64,000 nt of DNA. Origin: a virus. Each line of letters opens with the position of its first letter. Within the stretch, counting starts at the first letter, position 1. Positions 36,419 to 46,122 of the stretch are shown here, piece after piece. The stretch is taken from the IMG/VR virus record IMGVR_UViG_3300046777_001715, positions 32,001-96,000 of that record; one strand, given 5' to 3'. Below the pieces are notes generated by a model, which worked only from the letters and a program-made list of their open reading frames with translations, ran no database searches and had not been told where the DNA came from. A program made the translations under genes and the position numbers.

Positions 36419-38784
36419 TGGCAAATGTAACAGTCCCAGCGGATCTAAGTTTTAGCGGAACACCAGATCCGTCAGATAAAAACTATTGGGATGTAAAGAT
36501 ACCAGGACTTAAGCCAAGCCAGCTCTACGGAATTCAATTTCAGTGGCTGTTTGCCGATGGAACAAAAAGCGGTTGGTCTGCAAACAGAGAAATTTTAACT
36601 TCTCAGATTACAGCCCCTGGTCAACCAGCAATGACGGCGGTAGGTGGCCCAGGTTATATAGCGGTTAGCTATTCTGGGCTAGATAGCAGCGGCGGCACAA
36701 TCAAAGACGTTTCAAGAGTTGATGTTTATATAAGCGGAGCACCATTTGATGGATCAAAGCCAGCAGACTCATTTACTTCGCCTGGAACAAAAACTATCAC
36801 AGCTCCAGCAGGTGATTACATTGTTAAGCTTAAAGCCGTAAGACCAGACGGAACAACAACATCTTTATTTAGCTCAACTTCTACAGTAACAGTTCAAGGA
36901 GTTGGAACAGTTGTACAGAAGCCGACATTGCCAAGCGGCCTAGCCGTTACTCCAGTAGCATTTGGAGTTAGAGCCACATGGGACGGATCTTATGCAGATC
37001 AATCATTTGCAGGGTTTCAGTCTATTATTATTAACGCTTCTACATCTAATCTAGGACCATCAGTCACAACAGAACCAGGTGCACCAGTTGCACAACTATC
37101 GGTTAACAATTCTTTTAATGCAGCAAATATTGGTTTAAGCGCCTTTGTAGGATATGATTTTGATACTTACTTTTATTACATTGCATCCAATACAGACGGA
37201 ACTTTATATAAAGATGAGTCTAATGTAACAAGGTGGACAAGAATTAATGCAGTTGGTGTTAGACCAATTAAAGCAAATATTGTTGATCTTGCAAATGGGT
37301 TGATTTCTATTGAAAATCTTGTTGCTGGAAACGGAAACTTTACAACCTATTTGTTGGCAGGAACACCAGGCGGGGCAAGAGTAACTCTTAGTGGACTTAC
37401 AACAACATATAATGGTGTAGAGCCTGGATTTAGAATATATAAATCAAATGGAACAACAGAGGCATTTAGTGCAGACCTTGCTGGTAACGTTAAGTTTGGC
37501 GGAGAACTTACAGGGGCAACTGGAACATTTACAGGTGCTTTAAATGTTGGCGCAATATCAAATAATAAATATCCTTTTAGCGTAAGTTCTAGTGGAGTAC
37601 TCAGAGCAGTCTCTGGCGCTATTGGTGGATTTACAATTGATGAAACTTCTCTTCAAGCAAACAATAATACCTTTCAGTTGGACAGCACCAACGGAAGACT
37701 TTCTACTGGAACTTTAAGCGGATCACATATTGAGATAGATGGAACAAATGGAATTATCCACAAGAGCAGTTCCAGTGCTACTGGTAATTTTCAATTAACT
37801 CCTTCAGGAACACTTACATTAGGAACAGACCAAGGAACAAATCATTACTTCCAATGGAATGGCTCTACCTTAAATATTAAGGGAGCAATGACTATAACTA
37901 GTGGTACAACATATGACGATATCCAGTACTCAAAAAATAATGTAGGAGGAATTGTAACTCTAACTTCTGCTCTTACAGAAAAAAGTAAAACATTACAAGG
38001 TCTTGTAAACTTCTATGATGGACTAGACACCCTTCTTTATGGCGACTATACAAAAATTGATGGCGGAAGAATTACAACTGGAATAATTAAATCAACACAA
38101 AACATTACAATTGACGGAGCTTCATATCCAGTGAGCCAAATTAATTTAAATACTGGAGAGTTTTTATTTGGCGGAGGATCATTAGCTTTTAATGCAGACA
38201 CAACATCTGCTTCGCTTGTATTTAATAAGCAGCACATGAACCCATTTGAAATTAGAGCAATGGCTGGAACTGGATTTAGTTCTTCTTATGACTATTTCAA
38301 TTGGGATGGAACTTCTGGATTTTCTGAAGATGATGAAACAGATATATCTACAACAATTTCAACAGTTGCAAATACTTCGGTAACATTGGCAAAATCAGAA
38401 ACAATAGGAATTATTAAAAGTGGCAGTAATGGAACAGATGGTCCGTACATGCTGATGTCATCTGGAAATGGAGGCCTTGCAAAATTTGGTGCAACAGATG
38501 GAACATATAACTCTTATATAAACTTTAATAGTGGAGTAATATCATTGTATACAAACAGAACTGGCGGAATTAAGATCTACGGTCTTGGTTCAACTCCACA
38601 CTATAACTATAGCTATGTTGATATTCCAACTACACTTAATATTAATTCTCAGGGTACACTTAGCAGAGGAAGAACTTTCTTTAGATCTAGAAATTCAGAA
38701 ACAAACATTTTGACTGGTTATGGTGGCAGTGGCTACGCATGGATTGGTCAATCTGGAGACATTATATTTAGCACGTCGGATTAA
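36418..38784 (+). CDS. Minor tail/fibre protein with FN3-like N-terminus
   Basis: Gly/Ser/Thr-rich; SGAIGGFTI and TKIDGGRITTG fibre motifs. Confidence 0.65.
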   Translation: MANVTVPADLSFSGTPDPSDKNYWDVKIPGLKPSQLYGIQFQWLFADGTKSGWSANREILTSQITAPGQPAMTAVGGPGYIAVSYSGLDSSGGTIKDVSRVDVYISGAPFDGSKPADSFTSPGTKTITAPAGDYIVKLKAVRPDGTTTSLFSSTSTVTVQGVGTVVQKPTLPSGLAVTPVAFGVRATWDGSYADQSFAGFQSIIINASTSNLGPSVTTEPGAPVAQLSVNNSFNAANIGLSAFVGYDFDTYFYYIASNTDGTLYKDESNVTRWTRINAVGVRPIKANIVDLANGLISIENLVAGNGNFTTYLLAGTPGGARVTLSGLTTTYNGVEPGFRIYKSNGTTEAFSADLAGNVKFGGELTGATGTFTGALNVGAISNNKYPFSVSSSGVLRAVSGAIGGFTIDETSLQANNNTFQLDSTNGRLSTGTLSGSHIEIDGTNGIIHKSSSSATGNFQLTPSGTLTLGTDQGTNHYFQWNGSTLNIKGAMTITSGTTYDDIQYSKNNVGGIVTLTSALTEKSKTLQGLVNFYDGLDTLLYGDYTKIDGGRITTGIIKSTQNITIDGASYPVSQINLNTGEFLFGGGSLAFNADTTSASLVFNKQHMNPFEIRAMAGTGFSSSYDYFNWDGTSGFSEDDETDISTTISTVANTSVTLAKSETIGIIKSGSNGTDGPYMLMSSGNGGLAKFGATDGTYNSYINFNSGVISLYTNRTGGIKIYGLGSTPHYNYSYVDIPTTLNINSQGTLSRGRTFFRSRNSETNILTGYGGSGYAWIGQSGDIIFSTSD

Positions 38785-38786
38785 TT

Positions 38787-41700
38787 ATGCCTGGTAAATC
38801 ATATATAAAGACAGGAAGTACCTGGAAAAAAATTAAACGGATGTATATTAAAACAGGCCCAGCCTGGTCATCCATTAAAAAAGCATATATAAAAACTGGT
38901 AGCGTATGGAAAAAAGTTTTTGATAGCACAAGTAGTGCTCCATACTCTACAGAGGTTCCAACAATTAGATTAGATTCATATACTGGAACAATTAAGTCTG
39001 CTGCCTCTATAAGCATATATGACCCAACTGGAGAATCTAGAGTTGGAATAAAGCTTTATGGAAGAGAGAATCCAAGTTCTTGGCGGAATGGTCCATTTAC
39101 ATCTCAAAAATATCAATGGTGGATATCAAGCTTTGCTAATGGTCAAGATGGATACATGATTAAAGAAACAACGGATACTTTCTATTCCTTATCATCAGAA
39201 CTTGATGATTACTACGATGGCATGTATTTATTTTTTAGAGCAATTTATACCAATACTGCTAATAAAACTGGAACGGCAAATAGCTTGCCAGTTTACCTAC
39301 GTAAAAACTCTCCATCTAAATATACAGCAAGTGGTGGCTGGTCTACAAATGGAATAACCTCTACTCTTACTCAAACTGGAACACCTATAAAGTTTAACTA
39401 CTCTTGGAAAAACGAATATTATAGATCTATAGATAGATATGATTCTGTAATAGAATGGTATAGAGGTTATCCAGCAAACGATAAAAGCAATTTAATTCAG
39501 TCTACAGAATTTATTTATACAACAAATGAATATGACGACGGCACAGAATATTCTGGATATGATGAATATGTTCCAGTAGTTGCAGATGTTGGGTCATATA
39601 TATATGTAAAAACAACGGTAACCAACTCTTATACAAAAGCTCCTATGTACGGATCTCCAATTCAAGATATATATAGCACAACTAATGCAGTTACAGCAAG
39701 ACCAGTAATTGTCACAATGCCATCTATTTCAAAGGTTGATGGATATCAAACTGTAAATTATTTAATTCGTGGAAATACTGGAACTTATAACATAACTCCA
39801 ACAAGAGTTTATTGGGGTTTTCAATATGCATCCTCAGCAACTGCAGCAAATAATCAATGGTCAACATTTCAAACTAGAGTTTATAACCCAATAACATTTA
39901 GCTATACATATGTAACTCAAGGAGGAAATGAAACTTCTCAAAATGTAAATCATGACCTGTATCTCCCCTCTTCAGTTTGGGTAAATGGAACTCAGATAAG
40001 TTTAATTGGAAAATATTTAAGGTTATACTCCATTGCAGATGGGGCTGGAAGCCAGTCTGACACATACTATTCAGAGGTAATAGGGCCAATATATGATTAT
40101 CCAACTGCCGCAGGAACCCCATCTTTCTTATTTGGTTCTCCTTACAATAGCTCTTATGCATACATAAGGGCATATTGGGATCCAGCAACATGGACACTAG
40201 ATTACACACTTCAGTATAAATCTGGATCAAATTGGATTGATCTGGGAACAACTGTTACTGCACCCCAGTACCTATCTCAAGACTACTTGGTTCCTACTGG
40301 AAACCAAACTTTTAGAGTTAGAACAAGAAATGAAGAAAACATCTATGCTTATTCTGCAGAAGCTACATTCAACGTTCCAAACTCGTACTCTTTTGCATTT
40401 GGAAATTATTTATATCCAAATACAAATGGTCAAATTGGACTAGATAATGGAACAACTTCAATTACTCCTTCTGGAGGAAGGCTTATAGCTGTATATCCAA
40501 AAGATTTAGCAGAAACAACTACTGGATACTATTCTGACGGAAGATATTATTATATTCAGTTTTCTGGACACCAGTATGATCAAGTTGGTGTTGGCGCATA
40601 TGCTCTAAGATATCAAGTTAGATTTGACTCCTTGAATCCAGGATACGCAGACGTTTTAATATGTAATAGAGGGTCATCCCTTACTTTAAGCGGATCAATA
40701 GGCTTATATAATGGATCAACTCAATTGTCTGGATTGCCAGGCCCATACGTTATTTCCACAAATACGACTTACAGAATTCCGTTAGATGGATCAACAGGAA
40801 GCTTTGGTCATACTCAAGCACAAATTCCTTCAGCAAATTTTGTAACCCACGCAAGAGATTTTGGCACCGCAGACGATGGATACCACAGCATTTTGACACA
40901 AACAAATCAGTATCAAACAAACATGCTCTCAGTAACATCAGCAACAGTAAATTCTTCTGGAATATCAATATCGTTTAATGGATTGAATGGGTATTCATAT
41001 TACAATTACGAAGTTAGAACTGGAAGCTACTTTGGATCACTTTTTTCTTCTGGTAACTCACAGACTGCAAACCCTTTAACTGTTGGAAGCTTAACTGGTG
41101 GAACAAGATATTATGTAACAATAACTCCATACAATTCATTAAATCAATCTGGTGACCCATACCAGAACTTCTTTGATGCCCCAAGTGCACCAAGTGCTTT
41201 TACAACAAGCTCTGGTTCCAAAGGATTTCCTTCTGGTGCAATACAAAGCTCTTCTCAGCCAACTGGCAATAGAACCCTTAATGTTTATTGGAACGCTTCT
41301 ACAAATGGACCAAACTATGAAGTACAATACGAAGGAAGTAATGATAACTCTACATGGACAGTTTTACAAAGTTTAGCTGGTTCAACTTATAAAACAGTCA
41401 CATATGATACTTATACTGCAGCATATTATAAATTTTATAGATTTACTGTACGTGCAAGAGGAGCAGATTTAGCACTTGGTAACGCTGCATACTCCGACGG
41501 AGGAACTTCAGCAAGTTACGTTTATAGAACAATTGATGGAACAGCTCCAAGTGCACCTACGATTAACTCTGTTGTAGTTGGGACTGGATCTTCATATAAC
41601 ACAGCAACGGTTAACTTTACAATAACTTCAAGTCCAGGCTCAAATACAATTGACTGGAATCAATATTCTTTAGATGGATCAAACTGGTCAAACATATATA

Positions 41701-42896
41701 CTAGTCCAATATCTTTATCTGGGTTGTCAGCAAGTACAGGGTATTACATATATATGAGGTCTTTAAACTATGACGGACTATATTCTGGAACCACCTCACA
41801 ATATTTTGTAACAAATGCTGCACCAGTTTATTTAACAGCTCCTACTCCAAGTAGCGTAGTTAAAAGTGGATCTGACTTCTTGCTTTATTTTTCTGGTGGA
41901 TCTGGTCCCTACTATCAGGCTTGGTGGGTTGGTACTCCTGGGCAACCTACTGCTACTGGATATGATGCTTCTAGATCCTTTTCTCCAATTATTATTACAA
42001 ATTTAACTTCTCCATCTGGAGGAACAACTTATTACTTTTCGGTAAGATCTGTTGATTCTTTAACAACTACTGGAACTGGAACTACAACATCTTTATCTAT
42101 AAGTCCATGGTCAACAACTCAAGCAACTTACTATGCCCCAATTACCCCAACAATAACTACACCAACTGTTACTGGAATTACTCAAACACAAGCTACAATT
42201 AACTGGACATCAACAAACCAATCTTATGCCTATGTAGATGGAACATATGTTGGAAACGTAACAAGTTATACAAGAACTGGTCTTAGTGCATCAACTCCTT
42301 ATAGTGGAACTGTTACAGTTTATTCTACTGATGGTGTTACAGCTTCTGCTAACTATAGCTTTACAACCGCATCATTAGTCTCTTATACAATCACATACAG
42401 CGGTAATGGAAATACTGGAGGAAGTACAACATCAACAACTGGAAATGGATCAGTTACATTAAGGTCAAACGGATTTACAAGAACCAACTGCACCTTTGCA
42501 GGATGGAATACAAATGCAGCGGGTACAGGTACAAATTACTCAGCTGGAGGATCCTATAACTTAACTTCAGACGTTACTCTATATGCAAGATGGACAGCAG
42601 ATACAGTTACGTGGACTAACCCAACTGTAACTTTTACTGGAACATCTGGATCTGGATCAACTACACAAAGAAGCTGGTCATGGACAACTGGATCAGTATC
42701 TGGAGCAACTGCCGTAGGATATCAGTGGGCAATAAGCTCAACAAGCTCAACCAGTGGTTTTGGTGCATTTTCTGCCACAACTACAGCGAGAACATTGACG
42801 GTGACAGCCAGCACACCAAGATGGCTAAAGGTTAGAAAGGTTGCTACAGACGGACTTGGAGCAACAGTAGTTAGCGGTACAAATAACGGAGTTTAA
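38787..42896 (+). CDS. Large tail fibre/adhesin with FN3/Ig repeats and a Listeria-Bacteroides (Flg_new) repeat
   Basis: N-terminal 3x YIKTG..W repeat, several FN3-like units, and YTITYSGNG...FAGWNT...TLYARW near the C-terminus. Confidence 0.7.
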   Translation: MPGKSYIKTGSTWKKIKRMYIKTGPAWSSIKKAYIKTGSVWKKVFDSTSSAPYSTEVPTIRLDSYTGTIKSAASISIYDPTGESRVGIKLYGRENPSSWRNGPFTSQKYQWWISSFANGQDGYMIKETTDTFYSLSSELDDYYDGMYLFFRAIYTNTANKTGTANSLPVYLRKNSPSKYTASGGWSTNGITSTLTQTGTPIKFNYSWKNEYYRSIDRYDSVIEWYRGYPANDKSNLIQSTEFIYTTNEYDDGTEYSGYDEYVPVVADVGSYIYVKTTVTNSYTKAPMYGSPIQDIYSTTNAVTARPVIVTMPSISKVDGYQTVNYLIRGNTGTYNITPTRVYWGFQYASSATAANNQWSTFQTRVYNPITFSYTYVTQGGNETSQNVNHDLYLPSSVWVNGTQISLIGKYLRLYSIADGAGSQSDTYYSEVIGPIYDYPTAAGTPSFLFGSPYNSSYAYIRAYWDPATWTLDYTLQYKSGSNWIDLGTTVTAPQYLSQDYLVPTGNQTFRVRTRNEENIYAYSAEATFNVPNSYSFAFGNYLYPNTNGQIGLDNGTTSITPSGGRLIAVYPKDLAETTTGYYSDGRYYYIQFSGHQYDQVGVGAYALRYQVRFDSLNPGYADVLICNRGSSLTLSGSIGLYNGSTQLSGLPGPYVISTNTTYRIPLDGSTGSFGHTQAQIPSANFVTHARDFGTADDGYHSILTQTNQYQTNMLSVTSATVNSSGISISFNGLNGYSYYNYEVRTGSYFGSLFSSGNSQTANPLTVGSLTGGTRYYVTITPYNSLNQSGDPYQNFFDAPSAPSAFTTSSGSKGFPSGAIQSSSQPTGNRTLNVYWNASTNGPNYEVQYEGSNDNSTWTVLQSLAGSTYKTVTYDTYTAAYYKFYRFTVRARGADLALGNAAYSDGGTSASYVYRTIDGTAPSAPTINSVVVGTGSSYNTATVNFTITSSPGSNTIDWNQYSLDGSNWSNIYTSPISLSGLSASTGYYIYMRSLNYDGLYSGTTSQYFVTNAAPVYLTAPTPSSVVKSGSDFLLYFSGGSGPYYQAWWVGTPGQPTATGYDASRSFSPIIITNLTSPSGGTTYYFSVRSVDSLTTTGTGTTTSLSISPWSTTQATYYAPITPTITTPTVTGITQTQATINWTSTNQSYAYVDGTYVGNVTSYTRTGLSASTPYSGTVTVYSTDGVTASANYSFTTASLVSYTITYSGNGNTGGSTTSTTGNGSVTLRSNGFTRTNCTFAGWNTNAAGTGTNYSAGGSYNLTSDVTLYARWTADTVTWTNPTVTFTGTSGSGSTTQRSWSWTTGSVSGATAVGYQWAISSTSSTSGFGAFSATTTARTLTVTASTPRWLKVRKVATDGLGATVVSGTNNGV

Positions 42897-42904
42897 AATA
42901 GGCA

Positions 42905-42933
42905 TTGACCTGTTAGGGTTAATTTGCTATAAT
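42905..42933 (+). promoter_or_regulatory. Promoter TTGACC-17-TATAAT (extended)
   Basis: Consensus-like, followed by SD AAGGAGG. Confidence 0.75.
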
Positions 42934-42950
42934 ACTAAAGGAGGAAACAA

Positions 42951-43184
42951 ATGACAACACTACTAACAACTGAGGATAAACTTAATATCCTTAATCAGCA
43001 CATCAAAAATATTGAATATGCAACCTATGGTTTGCAGTTAGATATTCTTGAGTATGAAGCATCAGATGAAATTGAAGCATCTTATTTAGCTAAGCTAAAT
43101 GCCAGACTTGTAGATCTAAATTCAAAGAAGGCAGTATTGGATGCAGAAAAAGATGCTCTAAACGGAACAGCAACAGGAGCATAA
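42951..43184 (+). CDS. Hypothetical coiled-coil protein
   Basis: SD plus ORF. Confidence 0.65.
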   Translation: MTTLLTTEDKLNILNQHIKNIEYATYGLQLDILEYEASDEIEASYLAKLNARLVDLNSKKAVLDAEKDALNGTATGA

Positions 43185-43185
43185 A

Positions 43186-43386
43186 TTGGATAAATCACAG
43201 CTTGTGATAACTGCTTTACAGCAAAGAATTGGCGAGATTGTCTCAAATTATGAGACACAAATTGCAGTTCTTAGAGCAGAAATAACAACACTAGTGCAAG
43301 AAAAAGAAGATAAGGCCTCGGCAGTTGCAGAGTATAACCAAGAACTGTTAGAGCAAATGGAAGCAATTGCTGACCTGGAGGTATAA
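43186..43386 (+). CDS. Hypothetical coiled-coil protein
   Basis: TTG start with SD AGGAG. Confidence 0.6.
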   Translation: MDKSQLVITALQQRIGEIVSNYETQIAVLRAEITTLVQEKEDKASAVAEYNQELLEQMEAIADLEV

Positions 43387-43817
43387 TGGCAGACACATTT
43401 AACTTTGAGGATGGTGCACCAATTAGTGCATCTGAATTAAGAAAGCTTGTAGAGTATGTGAATAAAGTTAATTCACAGGCTTTATCCCTGCCAGGACAGT
43501 TTGGAACTTTAGCAGACAAAGCAATTGCACAAAAAATGACAATGGGAACAGTTTCTGTTCCTGGGCTTAACCTTACATCTGGATTTAAGGAAGTTCCAAT
43601 TTCTTTTACCCCGCCTCTAACTGCTGCACCAGCATCAATTCAATTAACGGTTGAAACAAGTTCCACAGATTCAGAAATCATTGTTTTCCTTAAAAGTGGA
43701 GCAACATCAAGTGGGTGTACAGCAATATTGACTAGATCAGCTAATGCTACTGGAAAAGCAATTACATCTCCATCTGGAGTAAAAGTACACTATTTTGCAA
43801 TAGCAAAGTCCTCTTAG
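43386..43817 (+). CDS. Hypothetical structural protein (fibre-tip-like C-terminus)
   Basis: ISFTP.L...P.SIQLT ... VHYFAIA. Confidence 0.5.
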   Translation: MADTFNFEDGAPISASELRKLVEYVNKVNSQALSLPGQFGTLADKAIAQKMTMGTVSVPGLNLTSGFKEVPISFTPPLTAAPASIQLTVETSSTDSEIIVFLKSGATSSGCTAILTRSANATGKAITSPSGVKVHYFAIAKSS

Positions 43818-43820
43818 GGC

Positions 43821-43848
43821 TTGACAAACCAGTAAATAATAGTAAAAT
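43821..43848 (+). promoter_or_regulatory. Promoter TTGACA-16-TAAAAT for the replication module
   Basis: Perfect -35 at the module boundary. Confidence 0.6.
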
Positions 43849-43857
43849 AATATAACC

Positions 43858-43882
43858 AAAGTCACGGACTCGTGACTTTTTT
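43858..43882 (+). terminator. Terminator-like hairpin
   Basis: AAAGTCACG-GACT-CGTGACTTT plus TTT. Confidence 0.7.
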
Positions 43883-43897
43883 CGTGTTAGGAATATA

Positions 43898-44701
43898 ATG
43901 AGTAATGATTTAAAATGGATGTTATCATCCGACCAGCAGTTCCCTTATCAAGATGATAAGATGATTGCTTTGTGGTTTAAGGTAATGAAGTGGTTTAAGC
44001 CAGACGTTGTTGACTATTTAGGAGACACGGATGATCAGGCATGCTACAGCAAGTATACAGAAGGCCGCTCAGCAGAGTTTTTACAACTACATAAGGACGA
44101 TAGTCGTGATCTCATTGTTCCTATGATGCGACATGAGGCCAAGGGCGCAAGAGATTTCTACGCTAAAACTAGAGAGATGCTTCCAGACGCACAATTATTT
44201 TCTGCTCTTGGAAATCACGACGTAAGAATTTTTAATTATGTTGATGCAAAGCTTCCAGACTATCTAAAAGAAGTTACGCCAGAATCATTGTGGTCTTTAG
44301 ACTCACTGGGCTACGACTATATTTATTACGACTCTTTGCCTAAGCGCAGGTTTGGAGACATTCACGTACACCATGGAATTTCAATTTCAGCAACTGGCTC
44401 AGTGCGAAAAGATATGGAAGACATGCAGGTTTCTTTGATTCGTGGGCACTCACACAGAATTGCTTCGCACATGGTTACATATGAGTTAAGAAATAATGGA
44501 GAGGGAGAAACTCTTCGTGGATATGAGATTGGACACATGTGTGATGAAAAGGGTCCAGGAATGAAATATACACAACACCATGATTGGCAAAAGGGCTTTG
44601 CAATAGCTCACATTGAGAACGGAGAATACCCTCACGTACAAATGATTCACGTTTCGCCAAACTATACATGTGTAGTTGACGGAAAGTTGTTCTCGCTATG
44701 A
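43898..44701 (+). CDS. Calcineurin-like metallophosphoesterase
   Basis: SDQQ, GDTDD, GNHD, HHG and GHSH motifs. Confidence 0.8.
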   Translation: MSNDLKWMLSSDQQFPYQDDKMIALWFKVMKWFKPDVVDYLGDTDDQACYSKYTEGRSAEFLQLHKDDSRDLIVPMMRHEAKGARDFYAKTREMLPDAQLFSALGNHDVRIFNYVDAKLPDYLKEVTPESLWSLDSLGYDYIYYDSLPKRRFGDIHVHHGISISATGSVRKDMEDMQVSLIRGHSHRIASHMVTYELRNNGEGETLRGYEIGHMCDEKGPGMKYTQHHDWQKGFAIAHIENGEYPHVQMIHVSPNYTCVVDGKLFSL

Positions 44702-44886
44702 TGACCTGTAAAAATTGTGGAGGGAGAGTATTTGTAGATAGAGTATTCTCTCAAAAGTTGCACATGGAAGTCTATTGCTTGTTGTGTGGAAAACGTTGGA
44801 TGATAAATAAAGAAACGAGTGCTTTTGGAAAATGGCTAGACAAAAGAGAAGCAGACCACAGAAAAGCTTTCGGTATTTCTTCCTAA
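44698..44886 (+). CDS. Small zinc-ribbon protein
   Basis: CKNC ... CLLCG. Confidence 0.7.
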   Translation: MMTCKNCGGRVFVDRVFSQKLHMEVYCLLCGKRWMINKETSAFGKWLDKREADHRKAFGISS

Positions 44887-45320
44887 ACGGAAAACTACAT
44901 AAAGTTTTAAAGTCTTCCAGGGTTAAGGATCAAATGATTGCTTGGTCATATCAAGATAAGTCTAGGGTTCTTTATTCTAATGCTGACGTAATTAAGTATA
45001 TGCAAAATGCCTACACTATGACTCAGGTTTCAACGATGATTGGAAAGCATAAGGTTACTATAGAGGATTATATTTTAGAGGGCAAAATAAAAGCCCCTCA
45101 AAAAGTATATCCAATTGGAAACTCAGAAAGCAAAGCTTGGTCTCAGTATATGTTTAGCGAGGATGACGTGCTTGACTTGCATGAATATATTCTTTCTGCA
45201 GGAAGAGAGATTGAAAAATTGCCTACAAAAAATGAGCTAAAGGCCTTGATGAAACACAACGTTATATTGTATACTAAGACAACATCAGGGGAATTTGTTC
45301 CAGTCTGGAAAGCAGAATGA
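44832..45320 (+). CDS. DNA-binding protein with MerR/excisionase-like HTH
   Basis: YTMTQVSTMIGKHKVTIEDYILEGKI..P ... FSEDDV. Confidence 0.6.
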   Translation: MARQKRSRPQKSFRYFFLNGKLHKVLKSSRVKDQMIAWSYQDKSRVLYSNADVIKYMQNAYTMTQVSTMIGKHKVTIEDYILEGKIKAPQKVYPIGNSESKAWSQYMFSEDDVLDLHEYILSAGREIEKLPTKNELKALMKHNVILYTKTTSGEFVPVWKAE

Positions 45321-45634
45321 ACGAAGAAGAAGATTTTGATATATTGAGTGAAAGTACTGCGCTAGAACGTGCAGCAGCCAACCTTGACCTTGCATCAGTG
45401 CATGCAAATAAAAGGAAGGACATAGAGGGTTTAATAACTGTAGCAGCAGCTTGGATGCAGGTTGCAGACAGATTGTCAGAAGAGTTTATGCCAAAGAAAA
45501 AACATTCTTTGGGCTTTGGAATAGAGGAAGAGGAAGAGGATGACAGAATCATCACCAACAAGAGTAAAGGTAGATCTTCAGTTCACGAGAAACCTGGGGA
45601 ACTACGAGAGCATCAGAATAGGTATTGGCGTTGA
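45317..45634 (+). CDS. Hypothetical protein
   Basis: ATGA-coupled; the 3' end overlaps the next gene. Confidence 0.55.
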   Translation: MNEEEDFDILSESTALERAAANLDLASVHANKRKDIEGLITVAAAWMQVADRLSEEFMPKKKHSLGFGIEEEEEDDRIITNKSKGRSSVHEKPGELREHQNRYWR

Positions 45635-45755
45635 GGATATTGTTCGTCAGGGTGAAAATGCAGACTCAGCTACAGACAGAGTGTATAAGTTTGTAGAGGA
45701 AAAGCTAATTGAAAAAACGGCGGAAATGGAAGAGGAATTAAAGGGTGGCAAGTAA
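45540..45755 (+). CDS. Hypothetical protein
   Basis: SD GAGG; TRNLGNYESIRI motif seen in actinophage replication modules. Confidence 0.65.
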   Translation: MTESSPTRVKVDLQFTRNLGNYESIRIGIGVEDIVRQGENADSATDRVYKFVEEKLIEKTAEMEEELKGGK

Positions 45756-46122
45756 GGCAGATAATAAGCAACCACACTCCTTGCTAACATTTTATATATC
45801 TTTATATAAGGATAGATATAGCAAAGACCCAGTCCTTAATAGATTTAGGGAAAAGTGGGGAATGCAAGATGTTATTGATACCGTAGGGTATGAACGTGCA
45901 AGGGATTTGATTGAATATTATTTTACCTTAAATAAATTTGGTCACCCACTACAGTGGTTCTTTTATAATTTTGATAAGCTTGATAAGCTTTGGAAAGATA
46001 TAGAAGATGACAAAGTGCATAGAGATATGCTAAGATCTAAGACTAAGGCAATGGTGGAAGAAAGAGAAAGGCGGTTAAGTGAACACGGAAGCAACGCTGA
46101 TATCAGCAATCTGCAAGAATAA
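45745..46122 (+). CDS. Hypothetical protein (possible helicase loader/initiator)
   Basis: Immediately upstream of and overlapping dnaB. Confidence 0.5.
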   Translation: MASKADNKQPHSLLTFYISLYKDRYSKDPVLNRFREKWGMQDVIDTVGYERARDLIEYYFTLNKFGHPLQWFFYNFDKLDKLWKDIEDDKVHRDMLRSKTKAMVEERERRLSEHGSNADISNLQE

